This document shows positions 47,135 through 57,053 of a stretch of DNA of 64,000 nucleotides, in pieces. Source of the DNA: an uncultured Christensenellaceae bacterium (GTDB taxonomy: Bacteria > Bacillota > Clostridia > Christensenellales > CAG-314); contig CAJUIZ010000003.1 in the NCBI GenBank assembly GCA_910586625.1, positions 55,254-119,253 of the forward strand. Direction: 5' to 3'. The notes below the pieces were generated by a model. That model made no database searches. It was not told the DNA's origin and saw only the letters and a list, made by a program, of their open reading frames with translations. Positions within the stretch are counted from its first letter, which is position 1; each line of letters starts with the position of its first letter. Made by a program: the position numbers and the translations under genes.

Positions 47135-47149
47135 TTTTTGTGTACTTCT

Positions 47150-47163
47150 TGTTAACGTTATCA
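47150..47163. promoter_or_regulatory. LacI/CcpA-type operator (TGTTAACGTTATCA)
   Basis: Lies immediately downstream of the -10 of the predicted promoter. Identical to the site at 40158-40171. Confidence 0.55.
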
Positions 47164-47165
47164 TA

Positions 47166-47194
47166 ATTCTAACACGGCAAATACCGCTTGTCAA
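47166..47194 (-). promoter_or_regulatory. sigma-70 promoter of the giant lipoprotein gene
   Basis: On the minus strand: TTGACA (47194-47189), 17 nt, TAGAAT (47171-47166). Confidence 0.55.
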
Positions 47195-47330
47195 TAGGGA
47201 CTTTGAATATTTTTTACAGATATTTACCTATATAAGTCAATTCTATCGCTAAAAAGCTGCTTTTTACGCACTGTAACATTCGCCGACGGTTGCCGACACG
47301 TCGGCGATAAATTTAATTGCAATCAAGTAA

Positions 47331-48137
47331 TTATTCGACTCGATTTCCGAAAAAATCCTGCAAGACGGAATTGAATCTGTCGGGATTATCCATATTGGCG
47401 CAATGCCCCGCGCCCTGTATTACGGCAAGACTGCACTGCTCCTTGTTTGCCCATTTGCGTGCGATTGTCAACGCCATAGGGATATCGTGTTCGCCGCAGC
47501 CTACAAGCAACGGATATTTCCGCGGCTTGGACGGGAACTTGTTGATTAGCTTGTTAAGACCTGCCAAGTACCTGAAAGAGCGTTTGGGGAAACGTGCGTT
47601 CATATCGTAAAACTCCTGCTGCGCCTGCGGCGTATATGCGGAAATTTTTTTGTTGGATTGGGCAAACCATTTGACGGAAACAAGCGCCTTGAACATCATA
47701 CCCATTTGCCCCTTAGAATTGGCGCGCTGCGCTTTCGTATCGAAATTGTTAATATCGTATCCGCCGAAGCACGCAAGCGACAATACCTTGTCTTCATAGC
47801 GGTTGGCAAAATCCTGTATTAAAACCGCGCCAAGCGAAACTCCGACAAGGAGGGCGGCGGCAATACCGTGCTTTTGAAAAATACCGTTTAGCCAATATGC
47901 CGTCTTTTCAATACCGTCGCCCTTACGCGCGGCAAGCGAACCGCCGTGTCCGATAACGTCCATTGCAATGATATTGTACTTTCCCGCAAAATACTCGAAT
48001 TGCCTCTTGTACATACCGCTATCGGCAAAAGCGGCGTGCACAAAAACTATCCAATCGCTGCCGCCGCCTGCGGTCGTATCGGTATAATAGGTTATAGGCG
48101 AATTATCCAAATACAGTTTATTCATTACTATTGCCAA
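47331..48137 (-). CDS. alpha/beta hydrolase
   Basis: GVSLGA nucleophile elbow and HG..GH blocks. Overlaps the upstream PadR gene by 20 nt. Confidence 0.8.
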   Translation of the reverse strand: MAIVMNKLYLDNSPITYYTDTTAGGGSDWIVFVHAAFADSGMYKRQFEYFAGKYNIIAMDVIGHGGSLAARKGDGIEKTAYWLNGIFQKHGIAAALLVGVSLGAVLIQDFANRYEDKVLSLACFGGYDINNFDTKAQRANSKGQMGMMFKALVSVKWFAQSNKKISAYTPQAQQEFYDMNARFPKRSFRYLAGLNKLINKFPSKPRKYPLLVGCGEHDIPMALTIARKWANKEQCSLAVIQGAGHCANMDNPDRFNSVLQDFFGNRVE

Positions 48138-48654
48138 GCTCCTTTAACAGTTTAGTATACCAGTCTATATTGAATCTTACGAAATCGCGCCCGTACTTGG
48201 CGGATTGCAGCTGAAAAAACAGCAATTCGCCGTCTTTGTCCCGACGTATAAGATCATCGCCTTCTCGGCAGATTATATCTAATTTATTATACGTATTTTC
48301 CAATTCTTCAATGTAGCCTTGAATAACGGATGCTCTGTTGCACGGTTCTGCAAAGCTCATAAAGTATACCTTGGCAAGCTCGGGATTCTTGACGGAACAG
48401 TTAATAGGACTGTTAATCCAGCTGTCGAAATGCGCCCTGCCCTGCTCCGTAACGGCATAAAGCTTGGTTGCGCGACCTTGTTCGCTTGCGGATTCCACGA
48501 CGATATAGCGTTGCTCTAACAGTTTTTTTATTGCAAACTGTATGCTGCCCGTGCTGCAGCTGTACATAAGATTTAAGCCCTGCTCTATACGCTTGCGTAA
48601 TTGGTAAATAGAACGCGGTTTAAGCAACAGCAAACCCAATATTATGTTTTCCAT
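48118..48654 (-). CDS. PadR family transcriptional regulator
   Basis: Winged-helix core ILGLLLLKPRSIYQLRKRIE...KLYAVTEQGR. Confidence 0.85.
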   Translation of the reverse strand: MENIILGLLLLKPRSIYQLRKRIEQGLNLMYSCSTGSIQFAIKKLLEQRYIVVESASEQGRATKLYAVTEQGRAHFDSWINSPINCSVKNPELAKVYFMSFAEPCNRASVIQGYIEELENTYNKLDIICREGDDLIRRDKDGELLFFQLQSAKYGRDFVRFNIDWYTKLLKELGNSNE

Positions 48655-48870
48655 TAAACTGCTCCCCTTACGTCGATATTACTAATAGTAATATTGCTTT
48701 GTAAAAAAGTCAAGCATTCTATATTAAAAAGCGTACGCAATAAAATGCGTACGCTTTGTGAAATTCGTTTATAAAGCAAGTGCATAACAGGTTACCGGAA
48801 AGCCGAACAAAACACGTTTCTTACTCTGATTGCAGGTTAAGACGCGTATACCGACATTCGGGTAAAAACG

Positions 48871-49455
48871 TTACCTGCCGCGCTTGTCCAAATCCAACAA
48901 CAGTTTAAGTCCCATAACGATGAAGGGCACTGCCGCCGCTTGCAACACGACTCCTACAAGTCCGATTTGAATCTGCGACCAAACGGTTGCAGGCGTAAAC
49001 GGCGTAACGGATTGGAATACGACCGCAAGCAGCATAAACACCGCGCGCCCCGCAACCTGCGCAAGCAATACCGCGGGGAAAGCCGTCCAAACGTTTGCGG
49101 CAATCTTTTGGGAAAACAATCCCGAAACAACGGCGAATACGGCAAGCTCGGCTATCATAAAGGGCAGACGCGCGGCTATAGGCATAGGATTGCCGAAAGC
49201 AAGCGTTATAAGGAAGCTGACAACGGGCGACAGTACGCCTATACCAAGCCCCCACCACGTTCCGAGAATACAGCCGCCGATTAAAACAGGCAAATACATT
49301 GGCAGCAATTGCATTCCGCCTTGTTGACCGAGCGCAGCGTGAATCAGCTGCGGCAACGCAACTGCCAAAGCGATAAGTCCCGCCGAAATAAGACTTTTGA
49401 CCGTAATTTTTATTTTCAGCGAATAATTTTTTCTTGTCAATACGCTTTCGACCAT
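48871..49455 (-). CDS. ECF transporter S component-like membrane protein (substrate unknown)
   Basis: 194 aa with about 6 transmembrane segments. The pattern PQLIHA..G....LPMYLPVLIGG resembles the ECF_trnsprt family as I recall it. AAGGAG RBS. Confidence 0.55.
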   Translation of the reverse strand: MVESVLTRKNYSLKIKITVKSLISAGLIALAVALPQLIHAALGQQGGMQLLPMYLPVLIGGCILGTWWGLGIGVLSPVVSFLITLAFGNPMPIAARLPFMIAELAVFAVVSGLFSQKIAANVWTAFPAVLLAQVAGRAVFMLLAVVFQSVTPFTPATVWSQIQIGLVGVVLQAAAVPFIVMGLKLLLDLDKRGR

Positions 49456-49707
49456 AGCGAACTCCTTACGCGGACGACAAACGCCGTTATTAACGCCTAT
49501 TAGAAGCGTAATTCAGCAGTAAAACCGCCGCAAAAATAATTATTTTATATTTTACAACAATCGATAAAAATTTTCAACTGATTTTTATCGTGATTTTTAA
49601 GCGGCAGCTATTGCAAATCCCCGACGGCGCAGACTCGGCTTGCTGCTAACAAGCGATTGCTTTGTTTGCATTTTTGCAGAAAACACCGCGCTATTTACAA
49701 ATAGTAA

Positions 49708-49736
49708 TTGATTTAACACACTTATTTTGATATAAT
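49708..49736 (+). promoter_or_regulatory. sigma-70 promoter upstream of the GT4 gene
   Basis: TTGATT, 17 nt, TATAAT. Confidence 0.5.
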
Positions 49737-49837
49737 GATTTAGTAGCTGTCTAAACAACAGACACGCGGTTTTACGCTATAACACGGCGCGATTGCCGAG
49801 AATACAGCATCAACCTAACCGCACAAGGAGTATAATT

Positions 49838-51010
49838 ATGAAAATTGCGTTATTTACCGATAGTTTTCTTCCGGGAGTAGGCGGTACGGAAAGAGCCGTA
49901 TTGGGACTGGCTAACGCTTACTTAAAGTTGGGCGAAGAAGTCGCGGTATTCTGCCCCGATTTCAACCGTCACGACGATTCGGAATTCGCATTTCCCGTAT
50001 TCCGCTGCAAAAGCATTAAACTGTCGCCTAACGACGTTTGCGCGTTCCCGTCGCTGTCGGGCAAATTCAAAAAGAAATTAAAGGATTTTAACCCCGATAT
50101 AATTCATTGTCATACGGTGTCGCCGATGGCGGCATATGCGTTAAAGTACGCAAACAACAGTAAAAACAAACATCTGCCATCTCCCCGACGCGTAATAATG
50201 ACGGTGCATACTAAGTTCAAAACCGCATGGGAATGCAGCGTGCCGTCGAAAGCGATTGTGCGCGCTATGGTAAAAGACTTGCGCAAAAAACTGTATAAGG
50301 CGGACAAAGTATGCGTCGTATCTCGCGATATGATTGCGGAATTGAACAGCTACGGATACGACGGAGAAGCCGCCGTTATTCGTAACGGCGCAATGTTTGA
50401 CAAGGTTGACGACATTGAAAAAGCAAAGCGGCTTGCAACCGAAAAATACGATTTGCAAAACGCAGAAAACGTATTGCTGTTTGTAGGAAGAATATTTAGG
50501 TACAAAAATCTGCAATTTATTTTTGACGCGTTGAAGTTAGTCAAGGAAAAAGTCCCGAACTTCAAAATATTGTTAACGGGTAAAGGCGACGACGAAGAAT
50601 ACTTCAAAAGCTATGCCGAAAAACTGGGATTATCCGCCAATACGGTATTTACGGGCGAGATTACGGACAAGGCGATGCTTTCGTCAATTTACAGCGTAGG
50701 AGAGCTATTTGTATTTCCGTCTTTATTCGATAACGATCCTTTAACCGTCGTAGAAGCCGCATCGCGCAGAGTGCCCGCTATAACCATAAAGAACACGGGC
50801 AGCAGCGAAAGAATAACCGACGGCGTAAACGGATTTATTTCGGATAATAACGTCGAAGCGTTTGCAGACAAAATTGTATATTTGCTTAACCACAAAGACG
50901 AATTGAAACAAGCCGGCATAAACGCCGAAAAAAGCATACCCAAGGACTGGACGCAAACGGCGCAGGAGTATTTGGAAATTTACAAACAAGTATTGCAAAA
51001 TAAAAAATAA
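49838..51010 (+). CDS. glycosyltransferase family 4
   Basis: Starts MKIALFTDSFLPGVGGTERAV. The C-terminal block PSLFDNDPLTVVEAASRRVPAI is characteristic of GT-B/GT4. AAGGAG RBS. I trimmed the track start 49793. Confidence 0.85.
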   Translation: MKIALFTDSFLPGVGGTERAVLGLANAYLKLGEEVAVFCPDFNRHDDSEFAFPVFRCKSIKLSPNDVCAFPSLSGKFKKKLKDFNPDIIHCHTVSPMAAYALKYANNSKNKHLPSPRRVIMTVHTKFKTAWECSVPSKAIVRAMVKDLRKKLYKADKVCVVSRDMIAELNSYGYDGEAAVIRNGAMFDKVDDIEKAKRLATEKYDLQNAENVLLFVGRIFRYKNLQFIFDALKLVKEKVPNFKILLTGKGDDEEYFKSYAEKLGLSANTVFTGEITDKAMLSSIYSVGELFVFPSLFDNDPLTVVEAASRRVPAITIKNTGSSERITDGVNGFISDNNVEAFADKIVYLLNHKDELKQAGINAEKSIPKDWTQTAQEYLEIYKQVLQNKK

Positions 51011-51026
51011 AAACGGGAGAACTCTT

Positions 51027-52220
51027 ATGAATATAAAACTGTCCACGTTTAAGTCCAGATTGAAGCATTCGGCGGAATTCGAAGCGGAAACGGCGGGATT
51101 TTTGCAAAATATCGAGCGAGAACTGGGTTACCCCATAGCTTACGCCGAATTGGACGACTACGACTGCGACTTGAAGCTGATTTTCGTTCAAACGGGCGGT
51201 TCGGAAGGGCTGTTTTTGGACAGCTTCGGCAAACTGCAAGCGCCGTACTATCTGCTGACGAACGGCGGCAACAACAGCCTTGCGGCATCGTTAGAAATAC
51301 TGACGTATCTTAATTCTTGCGGTAAAACTGGCGAAATTCTGCACGGAAGCGCAAGTTACGTTGCCGAAAGGATACGTTCGCTTGCAGCGGTTAACTCCGC
51401 GAAGAAAAGATTGGCAAACGCGCGGTTGGGCGTTATAGGCGCGCCGTCCGACTGGCTGATAGCTTCCGTACCCGATTACGCCGAAGTAAAGCGGCGGCTT
51501 GGCGTAACGCTTGTGGACGTACCCATTGCCGAAGCGGAAACGGCGGTAAAAAACGGTGAAACAACAACAGCCGAACACGCCGAGTATACCGACTTCGACA
51601 AGCAAGAAATTGCAAAAGCCTTGAAGATATACGACGCGTTGGACGGGATAAAAGATAAATACGCGCTTGACGGACTGACGATACGATGCTTCGATTTGTT
51701 ATCGTCGTTAAAGTCCACCGGTTGCCTTGCTTTAGCGGAACTGAACGCAAGGGGAATAATAGGAACGTGCGAAGGGGACGTTGCGACTATGCTGAGTATG
51801 CTTATTGCAAACTCCGTTACGGTGCAATCGTCATTTCAAGCCAATCCGTCGAGAATAGATACGGAAAGCAACCGCGTAACCTTTGCGCACTGCACCGCTC
51901 CGTTGGATATGCTTGACGGGTACCGTTTGGATACGCACTTCGAAAGCGGCATAGGCGTAGCCGTAAAAGGCGAGCTGCGCACAGGCAGAGTTACGGTGTT
52001 CCGTCTGTCCGCAGACCTTAAACGTTACTTCGTATCCGCAGGTACGTTAGAACGAAACCTTGACGAAGCCAACCTTTGCCGTACGCAGGCGGTTATACGG
52101 CTCGACAAGCCCGTGACGGAGCTGTTGAAAACGCCCTGCGGCAACCACCACGTCATTCTTTACGGAGATTACGCCGAAGCTATAACGCAGCTTATGGACG
52201 AATTGAATATACGTAACTGA
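51027..52220 (+). CDS. L-fucose/L-arabinose isomerase-like family protein (tentative)
   Basis: 397 aa. The block CFDLLSSLKSTGCLALAELNARGIIGTCEGDVATML resembles the isomerase-family central domain (recollection only). GGGAGA RBS. Confidence 0.4.
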   Translation: MNIKLSTFKSRLKHSAEFEAETAGFLQNIERELGYPIAYAELDDYDCDLKLIFVQTGGSEGLFLDSFGKLQAPYYLLTNGGNNSLAASLEILTYLNSCGKTGEILHGSASYVAERIRSLAAVNSAKKRLANARLGVIGAPSDWLIASVPDYAEVKRRLGVTLVDVPIAEAETAVKNGETTTAEHAEYTDFDKQEIAKALKIYDALDGIKDKYALDGLTIRCFDLLSSLKSTGCLALAELNARGIIGTCEGDVATMLSMLIANSVTVQSSFQANPSRIDTESNRVTFAHCTAPLDMLDGYRLDTHFESGIGVAVKGELRTGRVTVFRLSADLKRYFVSAGTLERNLDEANLCRTQAVIRLDKPVTELLKTPCGNHHVILYGDYAEAITQLMDELNIRN

Positions 52221-52382
52221 CCGACAACAAAGAAAGCTTCGCCGATAGCTACCGAATGTATTGGATATTATGGCAAAACGCAGACTGTTAACCGATGAAA
52301 TATTGCAGGAATGTTTGTACGACAGCAATTACAAAACCCGCCTTTTTGCAGAAAAACACTTAAAAACAAAGTAAAAAGAAAA

Positions 52383-52407
52383 AGTACGGAATGGATAATT
52401 CCGTACT
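52383..52407. terminator. bidirectional terminator
   Basis: AGTACGGAAT-ggata-ATTCCGTACT, with an A-run on the left and a T-rich tract on the right. It lies just downstream of the lysS stop. Confidence 0.65.
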
Positions 52408-52419
52408 TTATTTATTCTG

Positions 52420-53937
52420 TTATTTGGATAACGGCTTCATTGTGGGGAAAAGCAGCACGTCGCGAATGGATTGACAATCGGTGTACAGCATTACCATACG
52501 GTCGATACCTATGCCCAAGCCGCCCGTGGGGGGCATTCCGTATTCCAAAGCCGTTACGAAGTCGTCGTCCAACATCTGCGCTTCGTCGTCGCCCTGCGCC
52601 TTGGCGCGCGCCTGCGCCATAAAGCGTTCGTATTGGTCAATGGGGTCGTTAAGCTCCGAAAAAGCGTTGCCCATTTCGCTGGCGTTGATGAAGAACTCGA
52701 AACGTTCCGTAAGTCGGTTATCCGTAGGCTTCTTCTTGGCTAACGGACTTACTTCTACGGGGTAGTCGTAAATAAACGTAGGTTGGATAAGCTCCTTTTC
52801 CACAAGCTCGTCAAAGCACTCGTACAAGGCGTGTCCCCAAGTGCGTTTGCCCGCGGCAAGCTCTATACCCTTGCGTTCCGCCGCCGCAACCGCTTGCTCG
52901 TCCGTCATATTCGTAAAATCGACTCCTACGTACTTGTTGACGGCTTGAATCATCGTAAGTTTTTCCCACTTATCAAGGTCGATGGTCACGTCGCCGTAGG
53001 GAAGTTTACGCATGCCTAATACGGTATCCGCGCAGTACTTGAACATACCTTCCACTATTTCCATCATTCCGTTAAAGTCGGTATACGCTTCGTACAGCTC
53101 GATTGTGGTAAACTCGGGGTTATGCTTCAAGTCCATACCTTCGTTGCGGAATTGACGTCCGATTTCGTAAACCTTTTCAAAGCCGCCCACTATTAACCGC
53201 TTTAAGTGAAGCTCCGTTGCGATACGCATATACATATCTATATCCAACGTGTTGTGGTGAGTGATGAACGGACGGGCGTTGGCTCCGCCGGCTATCGTGT
53301 TCAAAATGGGTGTTTCCACTTCCAAATATCCGCGGTTATCCAAATATTCGCGGATAGATTTCATTAGCTTGGAACGTATAATAAACGTGCGTTTTACTTC
53401 GGGGTTGGCAATAAGGTCTACGTAACGCTGACGGTAACGCGTTTCGATATCTTTAAGCCCGTGAAACTTCTCCGGCAGGGGCAACAGCGACTTGGAAAGC
53501 AGCTTGATTTCGCGCAGCTTTACGGAAATCTCGCCCATATGCGTGCGGAACACTTCGCCGGTGCCGCCGATAATGTCGCCTATATCCCACGTCTTAAATT
53601 CCGAATACGCTTCTTCCCCCACTTCGTCGCGTTTAACGTATAGCTGGACAGTGCCTTCGCCGTCCAAAATATGACAAAAGCTTGCCTTACCCATTATTCG
53701 ACGCGACGTCATACGTCCCGCAACCGATACGATTTGCGGCTCGTACTGTTCGTCTTCGGCATGGTCGACGTAGCCGTCTATAATCTGCGCCGAAGAATGC
53801 GTTTTGTCAAACTTGGTAACTTCGAAAGGATTCTTACCTTCTTCGATAAGCTTGGACAGCTTATCGCGGCGGATACGCAGTATTTCGTTTAAGTCCTGTT
53901 CGACGACTTCCGTCGTCGGGGCTTGTTTATCGTTCAT
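52420..53937 (-). CDS. lysS: lysine--tRNA ligase (class II)
   Basis: OB-fold N-domain; FRNEG and GIGIDR motifs. Confidence 0.95.
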   Translation of the reverse strand: MNDKQAPTTEVVEQDLNEILRIRRDKLSKLIEEGKNPFEVTKFDKTHSSAQIIDGYVDHAEDEQYEPQIVSVAGRMTSRRIMGKASFCHILDGEGTVQLYVKRDEVGEEAYSEFKTWDIGDIIGGTGEVFRTHMGEISVKLREIKLLSKSLLPLPEKFHGLKDIETRYRQRYVDLIANPEVKRTFIIRSKLMKSIREYLDNRGYLEVETPILNTIAGGANARPFITHHNTLDIDMYMRIATELHLKRLIVGGFEKVYEIGRQFRNEGMDLKHNPEFTTIELYEAYTDFNGMMEIVEGMFKYCADTVLGMRKLPYGDVTIDLDKWEKLTMIQAVNKYVGVDFTNMTDEQAVAAAERKGIELAAGKRTWGHALYECFDELVEKELIQPTFIYDYPVEVSPLAKKKPTDNRLTERFEFFINASEMGNAFSELNDPIDQYERFMAQARAKAQGDDEAQMLDDDFVTALEYGMPPTGGLGIGIDRMVMLYTDCQSIRDVLLFPTMKPLSK

Positions 53938-53968
53938 AATTTCACCTACAAATGCGTTTCAAGCAGTA

Positions 53969-54418
53969 CTACTTTACAACTCTCAATACTTTAAGCTTCT
54001 TTACTCTGCCGTTGGGCAGCAAAACGTCCACCGTTTCGCCCTGTTTGGCCTTTATAAGCGCGAAACCAACGGGGGATTCGTCGCTTATACGTCCGTGAGC
54101 GAGATCCGCTTCCGCAGTACCTACAATGGTATACGTTTTGCAAAGCTGTTCCTTGCCGTCGATAATCTCGGCGCAGGTAACGGTTGTTTCGTGTATAATT
54201 TTAGCCATCCTAAGCTGCGCTTCGATTTCCGCAATTTCGCCTTCCATTTCCGCCTGAGCCTTACGGGCGGCATCGTATTCGGCGTTTTCGGACAAGTCGC
54301 CGAAGCCGCGAGCGGTCTTGATTTCTTCGGCGATTTCGGCGCGGCGTACCGATTTGAGATAGTCTAAGCGTTCTTCCAATTCTCTGCGACCGGCTTCGGT
54401 CAATTGAACTTCGGGCAT
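53969..54418 (-). CDS. greA: transcription elongation factor GreA
   Basis: GDLSENAEYDAAR motif and coiled-coil N-domain; 149 aa. Confidence 0.9.
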   Translation of the reverse strand: MPEVQLTEAGRRELEERLDYLKSVRRAEIAEEIKTARGFGDLSENAEYDAARKAQAEMEGEIAEIEAQLRMAKIIHETTVTCAEIIDGKEQLCKTYTIVGTAEADLAHGRISDESPVGFALIKAKQGETVDVLLPNGRVKKLKVLRVVK

Positions 54419-54587
54419 ATTATTCTCCTTATTATAGCAAATACGACAGAAAACAACTTAAAAGCACTGTCGCTTTTAAGTTGTTCCTTCATATTGCAAT
54501 GTTATAAAGCTATTTTACTACTTAGACGTATTTCTGTCAAGTAATTAACAAAATGTAAAAAAAGTCAACCTTCGCAAAGCAGCTTAC

Positions 54588-55265
54588 CTAATCCAATCCG
54601 TCGGCAATGCGAGCAGCCAATGCAAAAAAGTTGTTTGCCGCCTTTATGCAGTTTTGCTCGTACTCGTTTGCTCCGCCGATTAGGCTGTCGGAAACGCACT
54701 TGACCATAAGACACGGAACGCCGTTGAACTTGCAGGTAAACAGTACGCCTGCCGACTCCATATCGCATATTTCCGCACCGAAATTTTGATTGAGAGCGGA
54801 TTTCTGCTTGGGGTCAGCCACGAACTTATCGGCAGAAGCGCAACGCGCCAACGGTAAATCGACAATTTGAAGCGCCCGTTCTATAAGGTTAGTATCACAT
54901 TCGACGGCGATGCCGTCAAAACATTCGTACTTACCTACCGGTACGTGATCTATCTCGCTTGTGTCCATACCGTAATGAACAACGTCCTTAACCAAAACGG
55001 AAGAAAAAAGCGAAGTACGTTCGGTAAGCGCGCCCACCACGCCGAAGTTGAATATTACGTCCGCCTTGTATTCGGTTATAAGCAACTGACACGCCGCGGA
55101 CGCGGCTATTTCGCCCACAGACGGCGGACAGCACAGCACAGCGTCGTGCCTGCCGAGCTTGAAAGTATAAAATGCAAACGACCCCTTGAAGGTTTTTTCT
55201 GCCGCGCAGGACGATATAAAGCTCGAAGCTTCGGTATCCACTGCGGTAAAAATTCCTATCGTCAT
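54588..55265 (-). CDS. MTA/SAH nucleosidase-like phosphorylase family protein
   Basis: PNP_UDP_1-like sequence: FNFGVVGAL and CDMESAG blocks. Confidence 0.7.
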   Translation of the reverse strand: MTIGIFTAVDTEASSFISSCAAEKTFKGSFAFYTFKLGRHDAVLCCPPSVGEIAASAACQLLITEYKADVIFNFGVVGALTERTSLFSSVLVKDVVHYGMDTSEIDHVPVGKYECFDGIAVECDTNLIERALQIVDLPLARCASADKFVADPKQKSALNQNFGAEICDMESAGVLFTCKFNGVPCLMVKCVSDSLIGGANEYEQNCIKAANNFFALAARIADGLD

Positions 55266-55461
55266 AATTCTTCTCCTGCGTAACTAATTGCAACCGAACA
55301 CTGCATAACGCGCGCAAAAGCAACCGCGCGTTTAACCGATTACTATTGTAGCATACTAATTGAGAATAGTAAACCTTAGACTTAAGTATTTTTTTGCTTA
55401 ACAATACCCAAAACACTTTGCATATCGCAAAAAATTTGCTACAATATTAAAAGGAGTTACA

Positions 55462-55737
55462 ATGAAAATCTGGGCGAAAACGGTTGTTGAAGAAAAAATC
55501 ACGCGAGACCTGCTGTACGAATACGAAGCGATTACCGATTCGGACGAGTTTGTTGCGGTATTGCAGGAAATATGCGGACAAATGGACATTCCGACGCCCG
55601 TTGCCACATACGTTAACTTTAACCACTTTGTAATGTTCAACAACACGCGCTTTAAGCCGAGAGACTTTGTGGAAAGCGTAGACTTCGACGTATTAGACAT
55701 AGAAGCCGTGCCCGAAAAGGATAAAAAACGGAAATAG
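55462..55737 (+). CDS. small conserved hypothetical protein (91 aa)
   Basis: AAAGGAG RBS and protein-like composition. No family name recalled. Confidence 0.6.
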   Translation: MKIWAKTVVEEKITRDLLYEYEAITDSDEFVAVLQEICGQMDIPTPVATYVNFNHFVMFNNTRFKPRDFVESVDFDVLDIEAVPEKDKKRK

Positions 55738-55893
55738 GCTCGAAAAGTCAACGCGATCGGCAATTCGAGATAAAGTGCAAACAATATTTTCGCTCGCGTA
55801 CCGAGCGCAACCTTGAAATTTGACTTCTACTCATAAAAGCTACGCAAAGCGCAGCAACTGCGTACAACTGCGTCGAACGTTTACTGCAAATAT

Positions 55894-55967
55894 GCGGGTA
55901 TAGTTTAGTGGTAAAACGACTGCTTCCCAAGCAGTAGTTACGGGTCCGATTCCCGTTACCCGCTCCA
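55894..55967 (+). tRNA. tRNA-Gly, anticodon CCC, CCA encoded, atypical T-loop
   Basis: GCGGGTA TA GTTT AGTGGTA AAAC G ACTGC TTCCCAA GCAGT AGTT ACGGG TCCGATT CCCGT TACCCGC T CCA. Position 55 is C rather than the near-universal U. Confidence 0.8.
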
Positions 55968-55970
55968 TTG

Positions 55971-55999
55971 CCTTGACAAATTATTGTCAAGGTATTTTT
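55971..55999 (+). terminator. rho-independent terminator after tRNA-Gly
   Basis: CCTTGACAA-atta-TTGTCAAGG followed by TATTTTT. Confidence 0.65.
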
Positions 56000-56030
56000 A
56001 CATAAAAAGGAACTAACAATAACCCGTCGG

Positions 56031-56068
56031 GTTCGCTCGGCAGAGCAATCCAAATGATTGCGAACACC
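56031..56068 (-). repeat. M3-type hairpin module in inverted orientation
   Basis: The reverse complement GGTGTTCGCAATCATTTGGATTGCTCTGCCGAGCGAAC parallels the 29554-29584 copy (GGCGTTCGCAATCTTCGATTGCTCGGCTAAG). The adjacent ACCCGTCGGGT is the inverse of the CCCGACGGGT found at the tRNA-Arg 3' end. Confidence 0.45.
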
Positions 56069-56560
56069 GCGGCGCTGTAGCGCCTCCCCACGACTAAGCA
56101 GCCCACTTCAACTTAGCGTTGTCCTTGTTGCTGCGGTTTATTACGATTCGAAGTATTCGCATTGCCGGCGCCGCAAACAATGCCGTATTTTTTCCAAAGA
56201 TAAAATACGGCATTTTATTTATATAAAATTACCGTCCGCAAAACAGCAGACGGCTAATTGTTATACATTTGCGAACTTACAATTTCATTCCCTTTTGCAT
56301 ATAGATTTTAAGCTTGAACGGTACAAAACTGCGCCGCGGGCGGATTTTTGCGTAAGTTATCCTGTCAATATAACGCGTGCCGCGACGAGATTCGTGTTCC
56401 TTTTTCTTATCTTTTACCGATTTTCGAGTTAGACACTGCAAAAAGAATTATTGCCGCTCATTGAACGAAAAACAGCATACTCAAACATGAAAAGACAGTC
56501 CCGAAAATCAATGTATTTGCAGAAATAAAAAGCAAAAAATCATACCGCGTCCGCTTTTTA

Positions 56561-57052
56561 TTATCTGTTATCGATTTTTTCGGGATACATATCGTGGCGC
56601 GCAAGCCTATCCCATGCCACCTGTTCCCACTTGGTCCCCTTTTTTCCGTAGTTACAATACGGGTCTATGGAAATTCCGCCGCGTGGAAGAAATTTGCCCC
56701 ATACTTCGATATATGCGGGGTCCATCAAATCAACAAGGTCGTTCATAATTATATTTACGCAGTCTTCGTGAAAATCGCCGCGGTTTCTGAACCCGAAAAG
56801 ATAAAGCTTCAAGGACTTGCTTTCAACCATCTTTTCGCGCGGAACGTACGAAATGTAAACCGTGGCAAAATCGGGCTGCCCCGTAATGGGGCAAAGACTT
56901 GTGAATTCGGGACAGTTGAACTTTACAAAATAGTCCCTTCCAGGATGTTTGTTTGCAAAAGTTTCCAAAACCGACGGGTCGTAAGTCTGCGGATATTTCG
57001 TGTTATTATTTCCGAGCAGGGTAATACCTTCGTTCTGCTTTTCTCTCGGCAT
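56561..57052 (-). CDS. queF: NADPH-dependent 7-cyano-7-deazaguanine reductase
   Basis: Contains the [14 protein letters not shown] motif; 163 aa. Confidence 0.9.
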   Translation of the reverse strand: MPREKQNEGITLLGNNNTKYPQTYDPSVLETFANKHPGRDYFVKFNCPEFTSLCPITGQPDFATVYISYVPREKMVESKSLKLYLFGFRNRGDFHEDCVNIIMNDLVDLMDPAYIEVWGKFLPRGGISIDPYCNYGKKGTKWEQVAWDRLARHDMYPEKIDNR

Positions 57053-57053
57053 A

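Noticed and set aside
48871-49560. Riboswitch upstream of the ECF S-component gene (for example preQ1, THF or TPP)
   Set aside because: The leader of about 90 nt shows a plausible promoter (TTGAAA, 17 nt, TAAAAT) but no motif I can match to a known aptamer. The substrate therefore stays unassigned.
52270-52374. 34-aa ORF MAKRRLLTDEILQECLYDSNYKTRLFAEKHLKTK between the isomerase-like gene and lysS
   Set aside because: It has no convincing RBS, is very short and sits next to a bidirectional terminator. The evidence is insufficient.
56058-56432. 124-aa ORF downstream of tRNA-Gly, and the 82-aa ORF at 30404-30652
   Set aside because: Both have implausible composition (Cys/Arg/Ser-rich), no RBS and overlap hairpins or repeat remnants.
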